Below, piece by piece: positions 1 to 12,585 of a stretch of 64,000 nucleotides of DNA; positions within the stretch are counted from its first letter, which is position 1, and each line of letters begins with the position of its first letter. The DNA is from Octopus vulgaris (taxonomy: Eukaryota). Location of the stretch: assembly GCA_951406725.2 (NCBI GenBank), contig OX597814.1, forward strand, positions 222,270,001 through 222,334,000. The letters run 5' to 3'. The notes under the pieces were generated by a model. That model was not told where the DNA came from, did not search any database, and worked only from the letters and a program-made list of their open reading frames with translations. The position numbers were made by a program, and so were the translations under genes.

Positions 1-952
1 TCTAATTATGGGAAATTTTTTAGTAACAATGAATTCGCTTCGTCAGTTTTTTCCGTAGCTCTCAGATAATTTGTCTGAATCCTCTGCTTTTTCTTTCGTC
101 CTTGCTATACCTCACATAGACAGGGACTCATACGCTATTAATGATTAATTATGTTAACTGAACATAATTGTTGTTACGAGATAATGCATATGATTATCAA
201 AATTTCTGAAACGTATTCGGACTATTTTTGTACACATTTCCCCATTCCTATCCTTGTTCATTTGTTCCTATAAATTTCTAACATATTAGGGAAGAATTGT
301 TGATCAATAATTTATCTTCTTGTCATTGTTGTTTACTTTTAGATTTTAGATCAACTTAGCAAGCCTTGGTTCAGAAGCGTTCCAGCCATGCCCATTCCAT
401 ACTTATATTGAACACTACTTATACATTTGTACATTATTCCCAGTTCCATTACATTAAATACACTAATTTGAAATTTGGAGAGGTTTATTCTGCGATTTCT
501 CTGAAATAGACTGACCAGTTAAAGGCTTTCTATTGGTTTCGATATGATAGTTTTCAGAAAGTTGTAAGAAATATTCAACCCTTTAAATATTTTTATCGTT
601 TTCACATATGGCTAAATATCTTTCAACTGCTTTTCAATGAACAAACTTTTCTTTATATTTAAACCAAATTTCCTTTCTACAAAAATACATTATATCTTTA
701 AACATTTTAATACGACAATGATTATACTTATTTTGATGTGTCACGTGACAAACATATTCGTACGCATTTAGCGTATCTCTGACACATCAAATTTCATTTG
801 TAATTCGCTTATCATTAATTTTTGGCGTCTTAAATTTGGGAGTTAATGCTGTCGTTATGCGAATGCTAATATACTGGACATAAATATCATATTTGCGAAT
901 AACTAGTCAATTTGCTTACGGTCAGCTGCCGCAGAGCGCTAATCAGTCACCG

Positions 953-997
953 TACGAAGACTGAAATTTAAGAGAAACTCTCGTTCATCAGTTCGTA
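953..997 (-). ncRNA. Degenerate type I hammerhead-like motif
   Basis: Minus strand reads TACGAA-CTGATGA-ACGAGAGTTTCTCT-TAAA-TTTCAG-TC-TTCGTA: perfect 6-bp stem I, intact CUGAUGA, short stem II, GUC triplet, but GAAA core reads TAAA. Confidence 0.5.
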
Positions 998-1264
998 GCT
1001 CCAGCTTGCCTAGTGCTTGTGAACGAAGTGCATATAACTAGTCTGAAATGCTTGCATCCCACAGTCTGGATAGGTGGCGCTACGAACGGATATATTGGTG
1101 TATCACACCATTCTGTCTGCAGCGAGAAATTTTCACCGTGACAAAACGCAGTGAATGGTTTATTTACATGCATATTTGAACTGGTGATAACATTTATTTC
1201 TACACATCACTGCTTAGCCATCGCCCTCTCGCTGACAACTTGGACAAACGTATTCTGCTTTAGT

Positions 1265-1497
1265 CACGGGCCAACCAAAGCCTGGAAATTCAAAGAAGCC
1301 CGTCGTGTGTATATATATTTATATGTGTATGTGCGTGCGCGTGCCTTCATGCCTGTGCTTGACCGCCACCACCGCTTGACAATCGCTGTTGGTGTGTTTG
1401 CATCCTGGTAACCTAGCAGTCCAGCTAATAAGTATCATGCTTAACAAATGTACTGGGGTCGATTCATTGGACTAAAAATTGTCCAAGGCGGCCCCAG
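1265..1497 (+). mobile_element. Diverged partial copy of SINE family A
   Basis: caaagcc..gaagcccgtcg..(TA/TG)..cgcttgacaatcgctgttggtgtgttt..ggggtcgatt..aaggcgg match the intact copy at 52318-52747. Confidence 0.75.
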
Positions 1498-2021
1498 AGT
1501 ATTTTCGTAAAATTATTGTTTAATTGAAATTCTTCAGGTTACGTTATCCCGATATCCTAAGACTGTATTTCGCTTATTGAATTAGTCGAAATATTGTATA
1601 TTTGTATATGTAACATTGTGCGTTCTTTTAGAATTTATGAGGTCAAAGAGAGCATTGATATGTTTAGATTGAAAGTCTTGCGAGTTTTAGTATAAGAATA
1701 GACAGAGAGTATTTTATTATGCATGGACAAGGTAGGAGAAACAACATTATATTCCATGACATAGATATAGAATTGATAATTCTGACTGCACAAAAGTGAA
1801 AACTGAAGAATATGGAGGACAGGGAACCATATCAAATGTCGCGGTTGTGTATGATGTATTAGCTGAGCTAATACAACTAATACTGAATTAAAACGCAACC
1901 TATAAATTGCTAGCAGCATGACCTTCCAAGGATATAACATGAGTTATGTGAGAGGTATTCTGAGTAAAGCAATGTCAACACTTCCAAAACAGATTTATAC
2001 CCCCACCACACACACACACAT

Positions 2022-2057
<36 letters not shown>

Positions 2058-2770
2058 GTATATACGAAAATACATGCTATCATCTTTCTTTCCTTTCTTC
2101 TTTCCATCCTTCCCAATTTCCTTTCTTCCTTCGTGCATTCCTTCCCCCTTTTATTCATCTATTCATATATACATACACAAATATATACGTATGCACATAC
2201 ATATACACATGCATACATACAAAAATGCATAGATACAGTGAAATTTAGGAATATAACCTCCATGTTGAGACGGACCAAGCTCCATCAGCTAGCTTGTTCT
2301 AATATGGAATCGTGACAACCTTTATCAATGGGTAATAATGATGAATGTGTGTGAATTTTGAAAGCTGCAATGACAGTAAATATTTTATGTGAATCACGCC
2401 ACATGCTTATAAAAAAATATTTGGTGATATAGTATTAAATTCTTAAAATTATGTTGGAAAAGAAAAATCCATACAAATCTATATTCAAAACTTTTCTTGT
2501 TGTTTGAATATCCATTCAGTGTTGCCAGTATTAGTAGCAAAATAGTTAACCATACACACACGCACACATAGACACGCGGACGTACCCTACGCACACACAC
2601 ATATCACGCACTCACACACGCATACACACATTTACACACACGTACACACATCCACACACAGGCATACACACACTCACACACACTCATACATACACTCACA
2701 CACAAGCACAAATATTCATAAATTTCCAGCTTCAATTAATACAGAATGACATAATCGGTTTTTAAATGTA

Positions 2771-3003
2771 CGGTAAACCCTCGACTATCGCGGAGTTACG
2801 TTCCAAAAGAACTCCGCGATAGGTGAAAATCCGCGAAGTAGATACAGTACTGTATAATTTTTTCTAATTATTATTATAATATGTATATATTTATTTTATT
2901 ATAAATGCAAAACAACACCACGGAGGAGTCGACGTAAATTTAAATAATAAACCGCGATAGGTGAACCGCGATAGGTGAACCGCGATACGACGAGGGATTA
3001 CTG
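2771..3003. mobile_element. Tigger/pogo-like MITE
   Basis: Imperfect TIRs CGGTAAACCCTCG...CGAGGGATTACTG (CAGT-type ends), TA at the left flank (ca at the right), repeated sub-terminal CCGCGATAGGTGAA motif, no coding capacity. Confidence 0.75.
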
Positions 3004-3664
3004 CATAACTTTTTAATGCCGTACGCAATAGTGTATAACATTTAAAATCTAACATGTAGTCATGAGAGGGGAAAAAAGCATAAGTAGGAACAGCATTGCA
3101 TCTTTAACTGTCAGAGTTTAATAAATGCAAATCAAGCTGATATGCATTTTGAAAAAGATTTATTGTTATAGAATGTCAACATATAATCCAAAGAGTGAAA
3201 GTGAATCATAGCCATTGTGCCACGCAACTGTTGTTTCCAAATTGCATGTGCCATAGGTATAAGGTATTTTGTTCCTTGGTTGTCGAAGCATATTTTTTTC
3301 TTTTTAATTACTTTATATTTTTATTTGCATATCACGTTGTACTATTGAAAATTCAGAAAAAAACTTCCACTATATTCGTAATATTAAAGCCATTATCCTT
3401 TTTTAAATAAATAAAGAATTTCGAATATCTCACAATACTATAATTTTTTGAATAAAAACAGAATGCATATTTATATGTTCGCGCATATGCGAACATATTA
3501 ATATGCAATCGTGGTTATGAAGTCTATAGCTTTACAGGTAACACAAGTGAGGGTATATAAGTAGACGTGTGTGTGTGTGAGAGAGAGTATGAGTGTGTAT
3601 GTGTGGATGTGTGAGTGTGGGTGTGTGTAAGTGTGTGCGCGTGCGAGTGTGTATCTGTGTGTGT

Positions 3665-3862
<198 letters not shown>

Positions 3863-4239
3863 TAGGTAAATTTCCAAATTAGTTTGGTAAGGATATATAA
3901 TCATCCTAGCTACCGTATTCACTTTTTCCTTTAAATAATGCTGGCTAACCTCCGTGAGTGTAAAAAATTTGCAATTAGTTTATTTCACTATCATCAGTAG
4001 ATCTTCACATATGCAAGTCTGTACGTCTCTATAGAGATTGCGTGTTGTCGGTAGAGAGGAGAACAGAGATTTATATATTCTTCAGGGTATATTAACAGAG
4101 TTGGGATCTAAACGCTGCTCATAGCACCCTGAAGAAGCGGTAATTAATACCAAAATGTACACCAATATACAAAATTTTGCAATGTGCATTAAATTAGAAC
4201 AGAAACATACGTAGGTGCAAAAATGGAAAGACGTAATAT

Positions 4240-4390
4240 GTGTGTGTGTTGGTGTATATGACGCGTTTCTGTCCGTTTCTGTCTACCAAATCCACTCACA
4301 AGGGTTTGGTCGGTCCGAGGCTATTGTTGAAGGAACTCGGCCAGGGTTCCACGCCGTGGGACTGAACCCTGAACCATATGGTTGCGAAGT
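4240..4390 (-). mobile_element. 5' part of SINE family A, diverged
   Basis: gtctaccaaatccactcacaagggtttggtcggtccgaggcta...gggactgaacc is the reverse complement of the family A head. Confidence 0.75.
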
Positions 4391-4757
4391 AATGATCATA
4401 CCACATAGAATAATACAGTGTAATATGAATGGGTACAGATCGTCCAAGATGTCTTTGGTGGGAGCTGCAAAATTTCTGGTAGATTTCAACGCATATAACA
4501 AATACCTATCGTATCCTATGCAAATTTGGTCCACAGTTATTGACAACAAGATATTATCATAGAGTGAGAATTCTCTTGTTATACATCATGAATTTCATAG
4601 TATCCGCAGAGTTTATATAAATAGACAAATAATAGGAAAATGTATTTAAAATCTCTATTTAAAATCACTACAATTAATTCTACTCTTCACTACACCCGCA
4701 GTACATTGATGGGATGATATAATTAATGTATTGTGTCATCATTATTATCCATCAAGC

Positions 4758-4799
<42 letters not shown>

Positions 4800-4894
4800 T
4801 ATATACATACATATATGAATATATATATATATATATACACATATGTTCATATATGTAGATAGATATATATTCATACATACACACATACACACAT

Positions 4895-4971
<77 letters not shown>

Positions 4972-5597
4972 ACGAGGAAAGAATGTCTAAATCCATAAAT
5001 ACATCCACAGCGTTAGATCAATTTCGTTGGAAAAAATGTTGAATAGATTCGAATAAATGATCCTGAAGATAACGTATTAATTCACGAAATTCGATCTCTC
5101 ACTTATGTGAGGAATATTTTCTTTATATCGATACCGGTAATGAATAATTAAACAGGTATATAAATAATTCGCTGAATTATTAAAAAAAAAAAAATCGGCC
5201 TGAAAAGAAATTTGAGCTGGGGAAGCAGATTAACGTTTTATAAGAATCGCTTACTAATCATATCTTGTCATGAAAGAGTATATTGTCTTTTTTTAAAAGC
5301 AAAAAAAAAAAAAAACGAAGAAGAAGAAAATAAAATAAAAAATTATATTTCATTATAAATTTCAAAGCGATATCATCTATTGAACAGGCTTAGAGAAATC
5401 GAATATAATCTTTATATTTAAAATTATCCTGAGATGAAAAATTAGCCTCGATTCATTGGTTCAAAAGTATCCGATAAATGATATCCACTTCAAATTTTCA
5501 AGAAACTCCATTATTAGACCATTAACATTAACCATAATTGCTAAACAGCACCAGCACCAGCGCCAGTAGGAACAACAACAAAAAAATGCAACAGCAG

Positions 5598-5650
<53 letters not shown>

Positions 5651-5957
5651 GCTACCGCTGTTGTTGCTGCTGCTGCCGCTGCTTCTCCTTTTACATACCG
5701 TATTGAGCATGAAACGCGTTGAATTAATATTATTGGCAATGCACTATTAACAAGAGTAACCAGATGTGACGCAATATCATATATATTAAGTTACAGAACC
5801 ACTTGCTTGGAATGTAAAAGAGAGGACGGAGCGAAGGGATGGGTCATACGGGTGAATCACACCTCTACACAGAACTGTTACAACATTTGGGCGGATATAT
5901 TATAACGGTAACAGTTAAGAGTTTCCGCAATGACGTTTATTTTTTTATATATATGAC

Positions 5958-6125
5958 AGTATTTCGTCTTTCTTTACGTTCTGAGTTCAAATTTCGCCGA
6001 AGTTACCTTTGCCTTTCATCCTTTTGGAGTTAATATATTAAGTATCAGTAGCGTATTGAAGTCGGTCTAATCGACTGGCCGCCTCCATAAAAATTTCGGA
6101 CCTTGTACCTAGAGTAGAAAAGGAT
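5958..6125 (+). mobile_element. SINE family C fragment (Deu/Nin-like central domain)
   Basis: ttacgttctgagttcaaatttcgccga..tttgcctttcatcctt shared with the other family C copies. Confidence 0.75.
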
Positions 6126-6390
6126 ATATATGACAGGCAAGTCATGAGTTCCGAGGTGATCAGGAGTGATATGTAGCTGATGGAACTTTACGGATCTTAT
6201 ACGACCTCAGAACAGGGGCTGGAGGTAGAGTTGACGGTGGTGGTTCGATAGCCAAAGTGTATTTGTTTTTTAACTAAGTTTTTTTTTTATATCTCATATC
6301 ACTTAACACATACGCATAAATGCAACTCCCTGAAATATTCACGCTTATTTACGTGGCAGATATATGTAATCTAAGATATATGTAATTTGT

Positions 6391-6553
6391 GAAGGCGCGT
6401 GGCTTAGTGGTTAGGGGCATTCGGCTCATGATCGTAAGGTCGTGAGTTCAATTCCCGGCGGCGCATTGTGTCCTTGAGCAAAGCACTTTGTTTCATTTTG
6501 CTCCAGTCCACTCAGCTGGCAAAAAAAAAAAAAAAGAAACTGAGTAGTACCTG
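6391..6553 (+). mobile_element. tRNA-derived SINE head (A/B boxes) with CORE-like motif, 3'-truncated
   Basis: ggcgcgtggcttagtggttagg (A box), gagttcaattcccgg (B box), gtgtccttgagcaaagcactt; joins directly to a mariner fragment. Confidence 0.8.
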
Positions 6554-7557
6554 CATTTGTGTATGGAGAGGGTGCCATAGCTGAAAGAACCGCCCGTGAT
6601 TGGTACGCCAAGTTCAAAAATGGAAATTTTGACCTCAAAGACGCACTTTGTTCTCACCGTCCAGTTGAGTTCGATGAAGAGCGATTGAACCAACGTTTGA
6701 ACGAAAATTCTCGTCAAACGTCAAGAAAACTGACAGAGAAAATGGAATGCTCCAACACTGCTATAGAGAAGCATCTTCACTCGATGGGAAAGGTTCAGAA
6801 GTATGGATCATGGGTTCCACATGCTTCAAGTCACAACAACAAAAATCAACATGCCACAATCTCCGCTGATTTGCTTGCTTATCACCGCTCAACTCATGGA
6901 CACAAACAACGATTTCTTTACTGAATCGTTACTGGCGACGAAAAATGGTGCTTGTACATCAATATGAGACAGCGTAAGGAATGGCTTAGCCCCGATAAAC
7001 AAGGATCTTCACCCGCGTAAAACAATGTTGTGCGTATGATGGGTCTGGGAATGGATTATCCATTACGAATTGCTTGAACGGAACCAAACGGTCAACGCGG
7101 AACTCTATGTTCAACAGATGGAACGACTCAACACGGCTATTCAAGAGAAAAAATCCTAATCGGCAGCAAGGAGTTCTTCTGCTGCACGACAACACCCGCA
7201 CTCATATCGCCAATATGACCAAGGAAGCCATTCAAACGCTGGCTGGGAAGTGCTGCCACAGCCGCCATACTCTTCTAATTTGGCACCAAAGGATTTCTAC
7301 ATTTTTCGATCTCCTTCAAATGCTATGCGCGGAGTTTCGTTCAATACTGATGCAGAATTGAGAGCTTCGTTGGATCAATGTTTCGAATCGAAATCGCGTA
7401 ATTTCTACCAACGAGGTATTGAAAATCTTGTTGAACGTTTGGAAGAAGTTGTAAACAACAACGGTGAATACATTATAGATTAATTAGTTGTTATTTTTTG
7501 TTAAAACTTTTTAAAAATTTACATTAAAAAACGGCGGGAACTTAGTTGCCAACCCAA
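6554..7557 (+). mobile_element. 5'-truncated mariner (DD34D-type) transposon with pseudogenised transposase
   Basis: Motifs WVPH, IVTGDEKW, LLHDN, PPYSSNLAPKDF and C-terminal NNGEYIID* across a stop and frameshifts; right TIR ...cttagttgccaacccaa followed by TA. Confidence 0.93.
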
Positions 7558-8515
7558 TATATATATATACATATTAATATATACATATATTAATATATAC
7601 ACATATTAATATATACACGTATTAATATATACATATATGTAAGAACGAGTATAAAGTGCGGTTGTATATTTAGCAATATATATTTATTTTGAAAAGAATT
7701 ACCATCATAAAATATGTATAGATGTAACAAAAAGAAATATATATATATAGATGTAACAAAGTGTTAAAAAAACACTCTGGTACCATTTAAATTTTACATA
7801 GGGTTCTCAATCTCCGCTTAATATATTCATACTCAGACACCGCCATCCAGATAAGAGATACACGTGGATTATATACAATTGCACACGTGCGCGTGTGCGC
7901 AGACACACACATATATATATATAGAAAACTCAGGATATGTGTGTGCGTGTATATGTACGCTTGCTCGTGTGTGTAAACCAGAAGAACTTCTGAAGTTCGT
8001 AGCTGATTTCCTCCGAACTGGGAACATACATTCCGTTCCGGAGATTGTTTTAGACTCTGAAAAGTTTTCACATAATGAGTAATCGGGCCTCTGTGAGCAG
8101 AAAACCCACTTTCCTGGGGTACGCACGACTACCTTAATGGTCTACGCATTGCTTCTATTTAAATTGTAAAAAAAAATAGCTACTAAAATTATATAAGTAG
8201 GCTGTATTAAATAGATGAACCGATATAGATTTCAAACTGCATTGTCTATAGTAGCAATTATTGCCTTTTCCCGTAGTACCTGGAATAAAAACCGTTTGGA
8301 ACGCTCTCTGTTCATTATAAAAAATATGCTAGAATATATTAAATCCTGAGCAACAATTCAACTGTTTTCTTTTAGCTTCAGTATCAAAGTCTTTCTTCTA
8401 AATGTATAGGAAACCCATAAAAATATTTATGAGCTATTGATTACAAACTAAAATATCGCATGTACATTTATTTTGTCTAATTTATTTTGTCTAAGACCCA
8501 ACTACGTTAGTTAGA

Positions 8516-8845
8516 GACCATGTCCTTAATGTGACCTTGCGTGATCAGACGCTACGTGCACAATTATTTTCGTTTGGAATCTGAGTTGTCCTCACAATGG
8601 TCGCACGCTGTTAACGCGAAAGAATGGTTCGCTGAGCCACGATTATTCATTCCAAACCACGTCAGCAACTCAACGTCATGTGACACAACCATGTTTGCTA
8701 CAGACCGTGTCCTTAACGTGACCCACACACCCCGACGCTGCACGTAGAATTGTTTTCGTTTGAGAGCTAAGGTGTCCTCGTAATGGCCGCAAATGTTTAC
8801 ACGAAGGAGTGCACGGTTGATCTACGACTATTGATTCCGAACCGA
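8516..8845. repeat. Two diverged ~188-bp tandem units
   Basis: gaccatgtccttaatgtgacc...ttttcgtttg..tgtcctc at 8516 recurs as gaccgtgtccttaacgtgacc...ttttcgtttg..tgtcctc at 8703. Confidence 0.75.
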
Positions 8846-8861
8846 AATATTGCTTAACAGT

Positions 8862-8928
<67 letters not shown>

Positions 8929-8976
8929 GTATATATATATATATATATACGTATATCAGTGTGTGTATACTTACCA

Positions 8977-9101
8977 CAGGAGTGGCAGTGTGGTAGGTAG
9001 CTTGCTTACTAACTACATGGTTCCGGGTTCAGTCCCACAGCGTGGCATCTTGGGCAAGTGTCTTCTACAATAGCCACGGGTTGACCAAAGCCTTGTGAGT
9101 T
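8977..9101 (+). mobile_element. 5' part of SINE family A
   Basis: caggagtggcagtgtggtaggtagcttgc...ttgggcaagtgtcttctac...caaagccttgtgagt. Confidence 0.85.
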
Positions 9102-9270
9102 TTTGGCGTGTTCAAAGATCACATAGCTCCACCAACATTTCTATTAGAAAGTTAGGGCCTGGCACAAATGCTTTGTCGTCAATGCTGCACTTCCCCGCAT
9201 CACGTTTCAACTTTATTGTACCATATATACAAACTTTTTAAACCCCGAGCAACACCGGGTATGTCTGCTA

Positions 9271-9326
<56 letters not shown>

Positions 9327-9345
9327 CAACACCGGTATATTGCTA

Positions 9346-9390
<45 letters not shown>

Positions 9391-9394
<4 letters not shown>

Positions 9395-10254
9395 AATCCA
9401 AACGGGAAACAAAAAAACAACAACAATGGAACAATTACAGTATTATTATTAATAGGCGCTCAGGAAATGGAAGCAGGGTGGTATGACGTTTCGAGCGCAG
9501 CTCTTCGTCGGAAACATAAAGAAGGAAGAGAGAGGAAAGAAAGATCCCGGAGCGGGCAACGGAGATAGAGAAAAAACGGCTGGTGTTAGGAGTAGCACAT
9601 GGTGAAAGGCGGATGTTTACGATAACAAGAGCAAAGTGGGTTTTTAAAGGCAAAAGAGTGGAGACAAGGTTGGTAACGCAACAGATGTGTGTGTATGTGT
9701 GAGTGTGTGCGTGTGCGTGTGTGTATGTGTGTGTGTGAGGCGAGGTAAAAAAACAAAAAATATATGTATGTGTTAGTGTGTGCGTCTGTGTGTAGGCGTG
9801 TGAGGTAGGGCGAGACGGTGGTCAGCATAGCAGCAGCATAGCAGACAAAGGTCAGTAGTGAGAAAAGGGAGGAAGGAGGAAGGGAGGGAGGGGAAGGGGT
9901 GGGGGCGTATGTAGCGTGCCAGCGTGTGTTGAGTAGTAGTGTGTGTGTGTGTCCAGTGTCGTGGTAGTATTAGTGGCGAGTAGATTGAATGTGTGTAAGA
10001 GTGATGTATATGTTTAAGCAATGTGTGTATATGTGTGCGCGTGTGTGTAACGAAAAAAAAGGGGGGGGTTTAGGAAAAGGACTCCAGCGGAGGGGAAGAT
10101 GGAAGAGTGGTCCCGCGGAGACGGGCGTGGGAAAACCCAACGACAAGCGACATCCCAGGAACGGGCGGGAGGTCTCGTCGGGTCCAAGGGCGAGGTGCAT
10201 GCGGGGCGCATGCGTGCGCGAACCGGCGCAAACGCGTGTGTGCGCGAGCCTGCG

Positions 10255-10255
<1 letters not shown>
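9391..10255 (-). mobile_element. Probable 3' end/pLTR of a Penelope-like element in (TA)n, with minimal hammerhead motif
   Basis: Flanked on both sides by (TA)n; minus-strand CCGACGA-A-GAGC-TGC-GCTC-GAAA-C-GTC at 9511-9485; the GC-rich 10045-10165 stretch loosely resembles a frameshifted PLE endonuclease C-terminus (weak). Confidence 0.55.
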
Positions 10256-10291
<36 letters not shown>

Positions 10292-10333
10292 AAGATAGGT
10301 AGATAGATAGATAAATAGAAAGATAGATGGATA

Positions 10334-10505
<172 letters not shown>

Positions 10506-11960
10506 TTGCTTTATATATACCGAGCTTACGCATTATAAATCTATTGTATCTTGACAATGGTTGTCATTGAAAAATATATTTTATTGTTGGAAAGTAAAAT
10601 AAAATATCAGTTAATAGATGAATAGAATAAAGTAAGAAATAAAAAAAATGAAGCAAACTTAACTCTGAAGAGAAAAGTTATAGAATTGTGAGTAAGAATG
10701 TGAAGAAACGAAGCTTAAGGTAACAAGGAAATTACAATAGAATTTAGAGACAATACAGATGGTTTGGGTTTGTCTGAGAAATGCTGAATGTGGTATTTTG
10801 TACTCTCATTTCATTTTAATAGAACAGATTTATAAGGGAAATATAAAGGATAGTGAATTTGTGTGAAAGCTAAATTTACTTTATTGTCGTTGTAGTATAA
10901 TTGTGATTGTTGTTTGATTGTTTGTATACTTAAGTCAATATATGGGTGCATGCGATTATGTCTGTCAATATATATGCACACACGTCTCTCCATCATCTTC
11001 TGTATCTCTTTATGTCTTTACTAATACATAGATATAAGGGCACACGCACATACACAGACACACACACACATACACACCCAAGTACACACACATATACGTA
11101 TCTTTATATATACATATATATACGTATATATACATATATATATTTACATATATATACATATGTACACATACACGCATGCACATATGTATAACTGTATATT
11201 TGCATGTGTGAGTGTGAATGTGAGTGTGTGCGTTAGGAAAAACTAGGTGAAATTTTGCCCTCAATTTAGATTTAATATCACACTTCTCAAATAAACAAGT
11301 GAACTATAAGGCATTATATATTTGAGCAAAAGCTAAAGTGATAATATTGTTATATATTTGTGACTGTACTAAGTTTTATGAATGTGTACATACGTGTGTA
11401 CAACTCTCCTTTTACCCCTCTCAATCACTTTCACTGTACACACAAGGTTTTGCCCTCCTAACTATATCCCATTTTAGGTTGTATCCTACATTATTTGTTT
11501 TAAGTTCCCAAATTTTGCTAGAGAACTTTTGGGAACTTAAAACATATAATATAGGATACAACCTGAAATGGGATATAGTTAGGAGGGCAAAACCTTATAG
11601 AAATAGTAGAGTAGGCTGTCAACTCTGTTCTATGGAAACCTATGAAATTTTAAAGTATCGAAGTAACAAAAATCTACTGAATAATCGTCTAGAGTTATGA
11701 TAATATTGCATACATTCCACAACTAGAACATTTAAATACTTTAAATAGAAATTTAAGCTTTCCGATATTTTCAAACTTTAACTTTTTAATATAATAGTAA
11801 CCTTTAATTTACTTTCATAGTCGACTAGATTAACTTCACTGTAATCTTGAATTTGGATCTTTCTCCAAATCTATTCTAATTTTAACATTTGATATTATTT
11901 CCCCCAGTTATAAAATACGATACCTACTATAAATTAGATGATAGGTTTGTTCCTGGCTTT

Positions 11961-12410
11961 TTGTTCTAGTGACAACCTGAATTCCCTTTATGTATTCTAA
12001 ATTCTTCCTTATTTCTGCAACTAACTTAAATCCCTTTTACAGTTTTCTATCACATCCCCTTACCCAAATTCCTACTACTAAAAATATTTTGATGGCTCTC
12101 AGTTGCAAGTGGGGTTTTGGTCAGTTAGTAGCTGACCTACTACCTCATATGTTCCTAAGACTTTAATGATCTTTCTACACTGACCTAAATTTTTTTGTCA
12201 CCACATATATAAATTGACCCTTTGTTCTAGTGACAACCTGTTCTTCTTTTACATATACTGAATTTTCCTCCTCTTTTCTTCAACTAACTTGAATTCTTTA
12301 CCTGCCCTTACCCCAATCCCTATAACTAAAGAAATTTTCTTACAACAGTTAGTTGTAAACAAAGTTTTGGTCAGTTAGCACCTGAACTACACGATCTCTT
12401 GGTCCTAAGA
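11961..12410. repeat. Two diverged ~260-bp tandem units inside the PLE 3' region
   Basis: ttgttctagtgacaacctg..aactaactt..cccttaccc..gttttggtcagttag..tcctaaga occurs from 11961 and again from 12222. Confidence 0.8.
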
Positions 12411-12499
12411 TTCATATCTACATCTTTATCTGTATGTTTACCTTCCCTAAGATGTTAATTGATTTGAAAACTTTATATTATTGGAAAACCTATATAAAA

Positions 12500-12585
12500 T
12501 TAGCTGAAGATTACTCGGCATCTTAAATCTGCTGTAATATTTACAGCTTTTAATAGAATGTTGTAGTATGAAACAACTGTACTAA
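12500..12585 (+). ncRNA. Type I hammerhead ribozyme motif with extended stem II
   Basis: TTAG-CTGAAGA(12504-10)-59-nt stem II region-GAAA(12570-73)-C-AACT-G-TA(cleavage predicted after 12581)-CTAA. First stem II pair is a T/T mismatch. Confidence 0.75.

Larger units (their letters stand above)
7910..9271 (+). mobile_element. Non-autonomous Helitron-like element with internal tandem duplication and nested SINE
   Basis: 3' GC hairpin cccg-agcaacac-cggg followed 8 nt later by CTAG|T at 9268-9272 (Helitron terminus). 5' boundary approximate. Confidence 0.6.
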
